From the NCBI GenBank assembly GCA_040757835.1, contig JBFLWJ010000010.1, positions 1 to 64,000 on the forward strand: a DNA stretch of 64,000 nucleotides, read 5' to 3'. Below, piece after piece: positions 29,198 to 37,981 of this stretch; within the stretch, counting starts at the first letter, position 1; every line of letters starts with the position of its first letter. The stretch is from Actinomycetota bacterium. GTDB lineage: Bacteria; Actinomycetota; Geothermincolia; Geothermincolales; RBG-13-55-18. Below the pieces are notes generated by a model that ran no database searches, was not told the DNA's origin, and was given only the letters and a program-made list of their open reading frames with translations. Made by a program: the position numbers and the translations under genes.

Positions 29198-29269
29198 GGT
29201 CAGGCTTCTTGTATGTTGCGTTCCACCAGACAAGGAAAGTGCTGGGTATGTAAAACAAGACTTGGCCCC
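29198..29269. repeat. Palindromic repeat element, copy 3
   Basis: Left arm GGGTCAGGCTTCTTGTATGTT (29198-29218), loop GCGTTCCACCAGACAAGG..., right arm AAAACAAGACTTGGCCC (29253-29269). Confidence 0.55.
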
Positions 29270-29416
29270 TATAATCACCTTATAGGTCGTGGCGTTGATT
29301 GGATCACTCCAGGCAACAGTCCGCCGCACGCGGGGATCACCCCCCGCTTCTGCTGTCGTCATTCAGACGGTTCGGCACAGCCTCCGCCCGGGGGCTGCTG
29401 GAGGGATGGGAGGTGT

Positions 29417-31591
29417 GTGGCCGTGCTCGAGATCGAGAACCAGGAACAGACGGTCAAGGCCGTCAACGGCGAGATATCCGTCAGGCGCGACGACCACGGG
29501 GTCCCGGTCATCAGGGCGGGTGACTTCGAGGACGCCCTCTATGGGCTGGGGCTGGTGCAGGCCCTTGACCGCGGCATGCAGATGGAGCTGACGCGGCTCC
29601 TCGCAAGGGGCCAGCTCTCCGAGCACCTGCCGCCAGACGAGAACTTCATCGCCATGGACAGGACCATGCGAAAGTACGATATCTGGGGATTCTCGTGCAA
29701 GCATGCCGGACTGATAGAGGAGGACGCACGCGAGGAGGCGGAGGCCTTCTGCCGCGGCGTCAACGACCAGTTCGCGGAGAACCCGCCGGCGGAGTTCGGC
29801 CTCATCTCTTACGCCCCCGAGCCCTGGACGACCGCGGACTGCATCGCCATCTCCAAGGTCATGTCCATGGTGGACATGGACGAGACCCAGGGTTGGATCA
29901 GGAAGTTCATCGTGCACATGGTCATGGCCGGCGTGACCCCGGCCATGCTCAGGGAGATCTTCGTCTACATGACGGAGGAGCCGGGCGAGGACTACCTGGG
30001 GAAGCTGCGCCAGGTGAAGCTGGCCGAGCCCTACGTGCCGGAGACGGTTAAGTGGGCCGCCATACCGCGCGAGCAGACCAGCAGCCACTGGATGCTCGCG
30101 GGCTCTCGCACGGCCGCCGGAGAGGCCATACTCTGCGGCAGTCCCGAGCTGGACTCAGCCCGCCTGCCCTGCCTGTGGCAGGAGATCCTGCTCTACGTGG
30201 GCGACTTCTACTGCATGGGCGTCTACGTTCCCGGCATCCCCTTGCCGGCCCTGGGGAGGACGAACTACCTCTCGTGGAGCGCCACCTACAGCTGCATGGA
30301 CGTCATGAACTACTTCCTCGAGGAGGTTAAGGACGGTAAGTACCGCCGGGGGGACGAGTGGATACCCTTCGAGGTGCGGGAAGAGGTCATCAAGGTCAAG
30401 GATTCCGAACCGGTGACCGTGCGTTACTACGAAAACGTGCACGGGGTGCTGGAGGGAGAGCCCACGGAGGACGGCTACTACCTCTGCCTGGCCATCTCCC
30501 TCAGGGACACCGGCAGCCAGGCCATCAAGGAGTTCCGCGACCATTACCGCGCCCGCACCGTGCAGGAGTCCATGGACCACCTCTCGCGCTGCGACTCGCT
30601 CAGCTTCAACTGGGGCCTCGCCGATTCCTCAGGCAGCATCGGTTATCAGATGAGCGGCCGCTGCCCCGTAAGGGCCGACAACTGGATCGGCGTACTGCCG
30701 CTGCCGGGCTGGGACGAAGCCTACGACTGGAAGGGCTTCTACCCGCCGGAGAAGAACCCGCGCCTGCTAAACCCGGAGAGCGGTTATTTCGGCACCTCCA
30801 ACCAGGACCTCAACCACCTCAGCGACGTGCACATCCAGACCATGCCCATGAGCGACGACCGCGCCGTGCGCATCGCGGAACTGCTGGCGGCAAGGGAGGA
30901 TCACTCCGTCGAGAGCCTGATGAAGATGCAGTACGACGTGTACAGCAAGCACGCGGAGCGGATCATGCCCCTCATCCGCCACTTGCTGCCGGAGGGCGGT
31001 AACGGCGATCTGCTGCGGGAATGGGACCTCGTCTACTCGTCCGATTGCGTAGCCGCGTGCGTCTTCGAGAACGTCTACTTCGAGATAGCGAGGACGGTGT
31101 TCGGCGACTACGGCGTGGGAAGGGAAGTCGTCGAGTACATCCTGGACAACTCCGAGCTCTATTACATGTACTACGGGCAGTTCGATAACGTGCTGCAGCG
31201 GGAGGAATCGCTGTGGTTCGGCGGCAGGACGCGTGACGATGTCCTCATGGAGGCCGTGGCCAGGGGGCTGGAAATGGAGGCGGCGCCCTTCGGGAGCACC
31301 CACCAGGTGATGATGAAGAACCTGGTTTACGGGGACATGATACCCGACTTCAACTACGGCCCCATCGAGATCATCGGCTGCCGGGGCACCGTCTCCCAGG
31401 GAGCGATATTCAACGCGCCGGGGGGAAGGGTAGGTACCTTCTCGCCCGCCATAAGGTTCATCTGCCCCATGTCCACGAACAAGTACTACTCCGTCCTGGC
31501 AGGGGGTCCCTCGGAGAAGCCAACCTCGCCCCTGTACGCCTCTGGAGTGGAGGACTGGCTGTCGGGGAAGTTCAAGCTCATAGAGCCATAG
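29417..31591 (+). CDS. Penicillin amidase / acyl-homoserine-lactone acylase family Ntn hydrolase (peptidase S45)
   Basis: Family-wide similarity, including the autoproteolytic nucleophile region SSHWMLAGS. The GTG at 29417 with a GGGAGG RBS is proposed as start; the ORF track begins at 29213 inside the repeat region. Confidence 0.7.
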   Translation: MAVLEIENQEQTVKAVNGEISVRRDDHGVPVIRAGDFEDALYGLGLVQALDRGMQMELTRLLARGQLSEHLPPDENFIAMDRTMRKYDIWGFSCKHAGLIEEDAREEAEAFCRGVNDQFAENPPAEFGLISYAPEPWTTADCIAISKVMSMVDMDETQGWIRKFIVHMVMAGVTPAMLREIFVYMTEEPGEDYLGKLRQVKLAEPYVPETVKWAAIPREQTSSHWMLAGSRTAAGEAILCGSPELDSARLPCLWQEILLYVGDFYCMGVYVPGIPLPALGRTNYLSWSATYSCMDVMNYFLEEVKDGKYRRGDEWIPFEVREEVIKVKDSEPVTVRYYENVHGVLEGEPTEDGYYLCLAISLRDTGSQAIKEFRDHYRARTVQESMDHLSRCDSLSFNWGLADSSGSIGYQMSGRCPVRADNWIGVLPLPGWDEAYDWKGFYPPEKNPRLLNPESGYFGTSNQDLNHLSDVHIQTMPMSDDRAVRIAELLAAREDHSVESLMKMQYDVYSKHAERIMPLIRHLLPEGGNGDLLREWDLVYSSDCVAACVFENVYFEIARTVFGDYGVGREVVEYILDNSELYYMYYGQFDNVLQREESLWFGGRTRDDVLMEAVARGLEMEAAPFGSTHQVMMKNLVYGDMIPDFNYGPIEIIGCRGTVSQGAIFNAPGGRVGTFSPAIRFICPMSTNKYYSVLAGGPSEKPTSPLYASGVEDWLSGKFKLIEP

Positions 31592-31598
31592 GGGAGGC

Positions 31599-32702
31599 AT
31601 GACCATGACCGGCAAGGAACGCATGCTGGCCGCCTTCGCCCGCCGGGAACCGGACCGCGTGCCGGTTTGGGAGATGGCCTTCAACGAGGAGTCCATCATC
31701 AAGCTGGGCGCCTTCTACACTGACGACCTCCCGCCCATGAAGTTCGCGCAGCAGATGACCATGGAGGAGAAGGTCAAACTGCTCACCACGCTCTTCACCG
31801 TGGCCCGGGAGCTGGAACTGGACGGCCTGACCTCCATAGGCCTGCTGGGCACCGAGCCGGTGGACGACGATCACGTCCGGGACGGCTGGGGCCGCATCCT
31901 GCGTGTGAGCGAGGAGGGGGAGGCCACCGCCGTGGGAGGGCCGGTATCCGGACCCTCGGACCTCAAGGGCCTCGTTGTCTACCACCCCCAGCCCACCGAC
32001 TTCCTCATGCTCATGGCCTCGGTGGGAAACCTGGGCACCGATGTCGCCCAGGTGCTGGTACAGCCAGGGCCCTTCCGTGAGAGCTGGAGCCTTATGGGGA
32101 GCATGGAGAAGCTCCTCTACCACTACATCAAGAACCCCTCCTTCGTGAAGGACCTGGCCCAGGTGGTCACGGACTACATCCTCGAGGTCATCGACATGGC
32201 CGCGGACAACGGGGCGGACATCATCGGGCTGGACGGCGACCTGGCCTTCAACCAGACCACCCTCATATCTCCAGCCCAGTACGAGGAGTTCGTCTTCCCC
32301 TACCACCAGCAGATAACCGCTCACGCCCACCGCAAGGGAGTGCTCGTCTTTAAACACTCCGACGGCAACATGTGGCCGATCATGGACGGCGTGGCCGATG
32401 CCGGTTTCGACGGTTTTCACCCCGTGCAACCCCAGTGCATGGACATCGGGGAGGTAAAGGTGAAATACGGCGACCGTCTCTGCATCCTGGGCAACATCGA
32501 TTGCACCTATCTCCTGCCCTTCGGCAGCGAGGAGGAGGTGGCGGAGAACGTGAAGGAGACCATCCGCGTGGCGGCGCCGGGCGGCGGCTACATCATCAGT
32601 TCGTCCAACTCCATCCACCCCGGGGTCAAGCCCGAGAACTACATCGCCATGGTCAGGGCAGCCCGACGTTACGGCACTTACCCCATCAGCATCGAGGCTT
32701 GA
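31599..32702 (+). CDS. Corrinoid-dependent methyltransferase, URO-D / MtaA-CmuA family (module A)
   Basis: Uroporphyrinogen-decarboxylase-like fold signature (REPDRVPVWEMA...), length 367 aa, positioned directly before a corrinoid protein. Confidence 0.85.
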   Translation: MTMTGKERMLAAFARREPDRVPVWEMAFNEESIIKLGAFYTDDLPPMKFAQQMTMEEKVKLLTTLFTVARELELDGLTSIGLLGTEPVDDDHVRDGWGRILRVSEEGEATAVGGPVSGPSDLKGLVVYHPQPTDFLMLMASVGNLGTDVAQVLVQPGPFRESWSLMGSMEKLLYHYIKNPSFVKDLAQVVTDYILEVIDMAADNGADIIGLDGDLAFNQTTLISPAQYEEFVFPYHQQITAHAHRKGVLVFKHSDGNMWPIMDGVADAGFDGFHPVQPQCMDIGEVKVKYGDRLCILGNIDCTYLLPFGSEEEVAENVKETIRVAAPGGGYIISSSNSIHPGVKPENYIAMVRAARRYGTYPISIEA

Positions 32703-32712
32703 GGAGGCGGAC

Positions 32713-33339
32713 ATGCAGGAGATATTGGAAGGTATCAAGGCAGCGGTGCTTGCAGGCGAGGAGGAGGACGCGCAGAGGCTGGTTTCCGAGGGGCTGGAGA
32801 AGGGGCTGGAACCGAGGCGCATCATGGAGGAGGCCATGATGCCCGCCATGGAGGACATCGGGGAGCGCTTCAGCGCCGGCGAGGCCTTCATCCCCGAGCT
32901 CATCGTAGCCGCCGAGGCCATGCAGAGGGGCATGGAATCCCTCAAGCCCCATCTGGGAGGACCCGAGCGGGGCAGCGGCCTGGTGCTGTTGGGGACCGTG
33001 CACGGCGACATCCATTCCATCGGTAAAAACCTGGTGCGCATGTGCCTGGAGGGGGCGGGCTTCGAGGTGATAGACATCGGCGAGGACGTGAAGGCGGAGC
33101 GGTTCGTGGAGGCCTACCGCGAGCACCGGCCGGATATCCTGGGGCTGTCGGCCCTCCTCAGCTCGACCATGCAGCGAATCCCCGAGGTGGTGGAGGCGGT
33201 GCGCGCCGAGGACGCGGGGGCGGTGATCATGGTGGGAGGAGCGCCGGTAACCCAGGACTTCGCAGGCCGTTCCGGTGCCGACGGCTACGCCCCCAACGCC
33301 TTCGAGGCGGCTAGAAAAGCGCGGGAGCTGCTATCCTGA
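32713..33339 (+). CDS. Corrinoid (B12-binding) protein, MtaC/MtbC-like (module A)
   Basis: N-terminal B12-binding-2 helical cap plus Rossmann B12-binding domain with the DxHxxG motif (GDIHSIGKN). Confidence 0.85.
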   Translation: MQEILEGIKAAVLAGEEEDAQRLVSEGLEKGLEPRRIMEEAMMPAMEDIGERFSAGEAFIPELIVAAEAMQRGMESLKPHLGGPERGSGLVLLGTVHGDIHSIGKNLVRMCLEGAGFEVIDIGEDVKAERFVEAYREHRPDILGLSALLSSTMQRIPEVVEAVRAEDAGAVIMVGGAPVTQDFAGRSGADGYAPNAFEAARKARELLS

Positions 33340-33374
33340 GGTGGCACTTCCGAGGTCAACCCCGGCCCGTGCCA

Positions 33375-33977
33375 TTACCAGAAGAGGTTTATGATCCCGA
33401 AGGCGATGAAGATGGCACCGGAGATGCGGCGCATCCACACCTGGGGTATGAACCTTCCCGCTCCCGTACCCAACATGGCGGCGATGAGGGAGGTAGCCCA
33501 TAGGGCAAGCGTCCCCCCGATGAATACGAATACCGGCTGGGAGTACTTGGCGGTGAGAGCGAGGAGCGAGAGCTGTGTCTTGTCCCCCAGCTCCATGAGA
33601 CAGATGAGCAGGAAGGAGGTGAGCAGCGGGCCGCGCTGTCTCTTCCCCGGCTCCACCTCAGCCAGCCCATCCTCACCAGTCCCTCCTCCTCCCGTCTCAT
33701 CTTCCTTCTCTCTCTCCGGCAGCAGCATGAAGATCCCGAAGATGATGAAGACCGCCGACACCGTGTACTTGATGACGCTCTCCGGCACGAACTCGTAGAG
33801 GACCACCCCCACCGACACCGCCAGGGCGTTTAGGAGAGCGAAGGCGGCCGCGGCTCCCAGGAAGACCTGACGAAAACCGTACTTGGCGGAGAGGGTGAGG
33901 ATGACCAGCTGGGTCTTGTCGCCCAGCTCCGCCACGAAGGTAAGGCCGAAGGACGCCAGGAGCGCGTTCCACCACAT
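33375..33977 (-). CDS. UPF0016/GDT1-family cation (Mn2+/Ca2+) transporter
   Basis: Two E-x-G-D-K-T motifs (ELGDKTQ twice) in a duplicated 3-TM topology. Confidence 0.8.
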   Translation of the reverse strand: MWWNALLASFGLTFVAELGDKTQLVILTLSAKYGFRQVFLGAAAAFALLNALAVSVGVVLYEFVPESVIKYTVSAVFIIFGIFMLLPEREKEDETGGGGTGEDGLAEVEPGKRQRGPLLTSFLLICLMELGDKTQLSLLALTAKYSQPVFVFIGGTLALWATSLIAAMLGTGAGRFIPQVWMRRISGAIFIAFGIINLFW

Positions 33978-33994
33978 GCAGCAAGGTTATCATA

Positions 33995-34123
33995 GGGGGT
34001 CAGCCCATGACATGTGACATTTTTCTAGAGGTATCTTCTTCGATCTTACTAGATCTCAAAATGTCACATGTCATGGGCTGACCCCCCACCTCACAAAATG
34101 TCACATGTCAGGGGCTGACCCCC
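33995..34123. repeat. Perfect 30-bp inverted repeat (GGGGGTCAGCCCATGACATGTGACATTTTT) with a 33-bp spacer, plus a third direct copy
   Basis: Left arm 33995-34024, right arm 34058-34087, third near-identical copy 34095-34123. The third copy overlaps the last four codons of the downstream hydrolase gene. Confidence 0.7.
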
Positions 34124-34869
34124 AGGAAGTCGGCGATGAAGCGGGCGTAGCCCGGTCCCGCCACCATGGAGACGTCGTTGTGTCCCGCCCCCGCCACCAG
34201 GTAAAGCTCCTTGGGCTCCGGGGCCGCGGCGTATAGCTCCAGGCCTTCTTCCACGGGGATGAGCTCATCCCGGTCGCCGTGGATGACCAGCACCGGGCAG
34301 CGGGCACGCGGCAGCTTGGAGATGGAATCGTAGACCTCGCCCAATGGTGTGCCCTCGGGGAGGAACGGGAAGAGCTTACGGGCTACGCCGGCCAGGGAGG
34401 TGAAGGTGGATTCGAGCACCAGGGCCCTGAACTCGCGTCCCTGCGCTATCTCGCAGGCCACCCCACCGCCGAGGGATTTCCCGAAGAGCACGATGTCGGG
34501 GTCCCTTACGCCGCCCTCCGCCAACCACGCCAGGGCCGCCTTCCCGTCAAGGTAGAGGCCGGCCTCGTGGGGCTCGCCCCCGCTCTTGCCGTATCCGTGG
34601 AAGTCGATGAGCAGCAGGCGGCACCCCACAGCCTCAAGCTCCATGTGCACCAGTGACCAGCTGTAAACCTCCTGGGCATTGCCGTGCAGAAAGAGGATGA
34701 CCGGTGCTCCCGCGGGCTCGGGCCACCACAGGCCGTGTATCCTGACCCCGTCCTCGCAGTCCAGCCACACCTCCTCGGCGCCGCCAGCCCAGCGCGGCGG
34801 CGGCATGTCCGCGGGGATGCGGTCGGGATAGTAGAGGAACTTCCGCGCCAGGCCACCCGCTGCTTCCAT
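34108..34869 (-). CDS. Alpha/beta hydrolase (BAAT/dienelactone-hydrolase-like)
   Basis: HG oxyanion motif (LFLHGN) and nucleophile elbow GKSLGG. Confidence 0.75.
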   Translation of the reverse strand: MEAAGGLARKFLYYPDRIPADMPPPRWAGGAEEVWLDCEDGVRIHGLWWPEPAGAPVILFLHGNAQEVYSWSLVHMELEAVGCRLLLIDFHGYGKSGGEPHEAGLYLDGKAALAWLAEGGVRDPDIVLFGKSLGGGVACEIAQGREFRALVLESTFTSLAGVARKLFPFLPEGTPLGEVYDSISKLPRARCPVLVIHGDRDELIPVEEGLELYAAAPEPKELYLVAGAGHNDVSMVAGPGYARFIADFLGVSP

Positions 34870-34888
34870 GGTGCCGTCCCTCCTCGCC

Positions 34889-36364
34889 TCAGCGGCCCGC
34901 GCGCTCGAGGGGACGCGGCAGCTCTATCTTGAGCGTCCCGGCGAGCTCTATGAGGTAAGCGGTCAGGCGGTTCAACTGGTTGGTGCCCTCGTAGATCTGG
35001 GTCAGCTTGGCGTCGCGGAAGCATTTCTCCACCCAGCGCCGGTGGATCGAATCGTCGGTGCCCATGAGTTCCAGCGCCCTGGCGGTCACCCAGTTGGCGT
35101 TGTCGGTGGCGGAGAACTTGGCGAGGGAGGCCAGGTAGAGGATGTGGGTGAGTTCGGCCTCGTCCACCAGGATGCGCAGCATCTGTCCGGTCGCCACCCT
35201 CCCGGCTTGTGAGTGCAGGAAGGACTGGTAGGGCCGGGACAGGCGCACGGCCCTGGGCAGGGCGAAGAGCCCCTTCATCAGGGGGTTTATCATCAGCGCC
35301 CCGAACACTTCGTCTCCCGCCAGGCCGTGGCTGAGGCACATCATCCGCGACTCCTGGATGGCCGCTTTCATGTCCGCCAGGGTCATCTGGATGTGCTGCT
35401 CGTCTATTGGCTTCCTTCCGTTCCGGCCCTCCCTGGCCCATGCCAGGAAGTGCTTGAAGGCCCCCCGGGCGATACCGGTCCCCACCCCACCTACCGCGCC
35501 TCGCGAGGCCGACATGATCGAGAGGATGCCGGTGGCCATGCCGTCCCCCTCCTGGCCCAGCAGGTTGTCCTCGGGCACGAAGACGTCCTCGAAGAGCAGC
35601 TCGGCCGCGTGGCAGGCGCGCTGTCCCATCTTCACCTCAACCCGGGGCACGGAGACGCCGTCCCGGTCCTTCTCCACCAGGAACAGGCTCCAGGTATCGA
35701 GGGGCCTGTCCCTCTCGGTCGCGGCGCAGACGGTGAGGTACTTGGCCTCCCTGCCGCCGGAGATGAACACCTTGCGGCCGTTGAGTACGTAACCGCCCTT
35801 GACCTTCTTGGCTTCCATGTTGATCCTGGCCCTGGCCAGGAAGTCGGGTTCCTCGACGTCGGTTCCGGCCGAGGGCTCGGTGATGGCATAGGCCATGAGC
35901 ACCGGTTTGCCCTTCTTCTCCCCCTCGATGATCTCGTGCAGGATGGTGTCCCAGAACGCCAGTCCGCCCGGCGTGACCATGGGCGAGATCCCCAGGGCGG
36001 TGGCGGCGATCATGTTGCCGATGCCCGCACAGGTGGAACAGAGCTCCTCGAAGGCCAGGTACCCGGCGGTGAGCATGTACTTGCCTGCCAGCCCGCCGAC
36101 CACCTCCGGTATGACCAGGGAGAAGAGCCGGTGATCGCCAGCCTCCCGGACGAGGTCCCAGGCGAAGTAATCCGTATCTTTGCCTATGCGCTCGTCAAGC
36201 TCCAGCGCCACCGGCTCCGCATGTTCCCGGTTGAAGGCGGCGCAGTTGTCGACCAGGGCTATGACGTCATCGATGTTCTTGCGGTCGAGCTTGCGCAGCA
36301 CGGCCAGGGCGGGAAAATCGTGCAGCAACTGCTTGCCGGTGTCGCTGAGCTGTTCTTGAGGCAT
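34889..36364 (-). CDS. Acyl-CoA dehydrogenase family protein
   Basis: ACAD N-terminal, middle and C-terminal domain signatures (YAITEPSAGTD..., QIYEGTNQ). Confidence 0.85.
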   Translation of the reverse strand: MPQEQLSDTGKQLLHDFPALAVLRKLDRKNIDDVIALVDNCAAFNREHAEPVALELDERIGKDTDYFAWDLVREAGDHRLFSLVIPEVVGGLAGKYMLTAGYLAFEELCSTCAGIGNMIAATALGISPMVTPGGLAFWDTILHEIIEGEKKGKPVLMAYAITEPSAGTDVEEPDFLARARINMEAKKVKGGYVLNGRKVFISGGREAKYLTVCAATERDRPLDTWSLFLVEKDRDGVSVPRVEVKMGQRACHAAELLFEDVFVPEDNLLGQEGDGMATGILSIMSASRGAVGGVGTGIARGAFKHFLAWAREGRNGRKPIDEQHIQMTLADMKAAIQESRMMCLSHGLAGDEVFGALMINPLMKGLFALPRAVRLSRPYQSFLHSQAGRVATGQMLRILVDEAELTHILYLASLAKFSATDNANWVTARALELMGTDDSIHRRWVEKCFRDAKLTQIYEGTNQLNRLTAYLIELAGTLKIELPRPLERAGR

Positions 36365-36627
36365 CCTGTAACCCCCCTGAATCCATGAAGAATGACGGGA
36401 CTCTCACGCTGTGGGGCGTGGTGCGAACATGTTGCCGGCGACACGGTCTGACGGTAATGCCGAGACTTTCCCCACCCGTATTATATCATCGGCTCGGCAC
36501 CACCGCTCAGCCCGGGACAATAAGCGGATGTGCGTACCCGGCTCGACGGTTACGCACCCCCGTAGGATGTCCGTTGATACTTTCCCCTCCCCTGGCGACC
36601 CGGTGATGTTAGAATGTTTGCACCGGA

Positions 36628-37518
36628 TTGATGGGGGCAACGATCCTTCTGGGGGTTATGATGGACTCTTCGGACAGGGAACACGGAAACGGAAGCGGCA
36701 GGTTGCTGTTCTTTCCGCTGACGCTGATGGGGCTGCTGCTGCGCGTAACGCCATACCACCTGAGCGACCCGCTCATCGCCGAGAAGAGCGGCCTGCGCCT
36801 GTTCATGCTCAAGCGTTACGCCTGGATCGAGGTGCGTTTCCTCGCGCTCCTGTACTGGATAATCAACCTTCCCGAGAAGTTCCCCCTCCTAGGCAAGTTG
36901 TGGGTGAGGAAACTCAACTACGTCCTTGCGGGCAAGTTCGTGGGCGAGCACATGATCGCGGGCCAGGTCATGACCCTGGGGGAGATGCTGCACTTCATCG
37001 ACGACCTGCCCGCGGAAAGCCGTATCGCCGTCGGGCCCTGCCGCTGCCGCCTGGCCACCCACGCCTGCGACCACCCCCTTGAGACCGACATCGTGATCCT
37101 GACCGGCACCGCCATATGGCTGGACCTTTTCCCCCAGGACTACCGCGTCATCGACAAAGAGGAGGCGAAGCGCATAGTGAGGGAGGGCTACGAGATGGGA
37201 TTCGTGCCCATGCTGGACCGCCACATGTATTACCGAGGCAGCGCCAACTACTTCGTCATCTGCAACTGCTGCGGGTGTGCCTGCCTCCCCATAAACGGCT
37301 ACATATATTACAAGGGGACCGGCTTCCGCTTCATCCCCTCCGTATACCGCTCCGTCGTGGACCCGGACAAGTGCGAGGGATGCGGGGCCTGCGTGGAGGT
37401 ATGTGCCTTCGAGGAGAGGAAGGTCTTCGACGGCAAGGTACGGATACTCGACTGCCAGGGCTGTGGCCAGTGCGTGAGGGTATGCCCCAACCAGGCCAAC
37501 GCCATGGTCACGCGTTAG
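36628..37518 (+). CDS. Cys-rich Fe-S protein, paralog 2 (N-terminal hydrophobic segment; CRCR...ICNCCGCAC motif plus 2x[4Fe-4S] ferredoxin domain)
   Basis: Motifs GPCRCR, VICNCCGCACL, CEGCGACVEVC and CQGCGQCVRVCP. The start may lie at the second Met pair. Confidence 0.7.
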   Translation: MMGATILLGVMMDSSDREHGNGSGRLLFFPLTLMGLLLRVTPYHLSDPLIAEKSGLRLFMLKRYAWIEVRFLALLYWIINLPEKFPLLGKLWVRKLNYVLAGKFVGEHMIAGQVMTLGEMLHFIDDLPAESRIAVGPCRCRLATHACDHPLETDIVILTGTAIWLDLFPQDYRVIDKEEAKRIVREGYEMGFVPMLDRHMYYRGSANYFVICNCCGCACLPINGYIYYKGTGFRFIPSVYRSVVDPDKCEGCGACVEVCAFEERKVFDGKVRILDCQGCGQCVRVCPNQANAMVTR

Positions 37519-37522
37519 GGGT

Positions 37523-37600
37523 CGTACCTTCGTTCCTCAACCCCAGGCCCGATACGCGATTTATGGATCCCCCGCGGGAGGACTGAAGAACGAAGGTACG
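37523..37600. other. Long imperfect hairpin (13-bp stem CGTACCTTCGTTC / GAACGAAGGTACG, about 52-nt loop) in the intergenic region
   Basis: Inverted repeat directly after the stop of the Fe-S gene and before the RBS of the small ORF. Confidence 0.4.
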
Positions 37601-37624
37601 GCCCCATCCCAGAGGACAGGAGTA

Positions 37625-37909
37625 ATGACCGAAGAGACTCCGACAGATAAAGTGTACTTCCCGCCGCACTGCCGGACATTGCGAGAGCAGGCAGAGGTGG
37701 AAGAAGGCGGCTGGAGGGAAGCACTGGTCTCCGCCGGAGACCACCTTGCCCGCGTTCTCAGCGAGTACGGGGAGCTGGGCTTCGAATGCCTGCTGGAGGA
37801 GCTGGACGTGGAGGCCGCCGAGGGCTGCACCGGTTGCTTCAAGTCCGAGGGCGAGCCCCTTTACAGGCTATACGTCAGGCCCGCCGAGGGACCGGACCGG
37901 GAGGCTTAG
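37625..37909 (+). CDS. Small hypothetical protein (94 aa)
   Basis: Good RBS (AGGACAGGAG); CxxC...C content; no recognisable family. Confidence 0.4.
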   Translation: MTEETPTDKVYFPPHCRTLREQAEVEEGGWREALVSAGDHLARVLSEYGELGFECLLEELDVEAAEGCTGCFKSEGEPLYRLYVRPAEGPDREA

Positions 37910-37981
37910 AAGGCTAACCGCAGCAACGCCATCCCGACGGTGCCGGACCGCAACGCTGCCACGGGGGCGTGCCTTCATCCG

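Noticed and set aside
28997-29300. CRISPR array or integron attC sites as the explanation for the GGGTCAG...TTGTTTGTT repeats
   Set aside because: Copies are irregularly spaced (3.5 kb, 120 bp and 20 kb apart), lack uniform spacers, and there is no cas gene or integrase in the window.
33978-34100. Possible yybP-ykoY Mn2+ riboswitch upstream of the GDT1/UPF0016 transporter gene
   Set aside because: This riboswitch often precedes UPF0016 genes, but the leader here is dominated by a perfect 30-bp inverted repeat. I could not recognise the conserved riboswitch core, so it is reported only as a repeat element.
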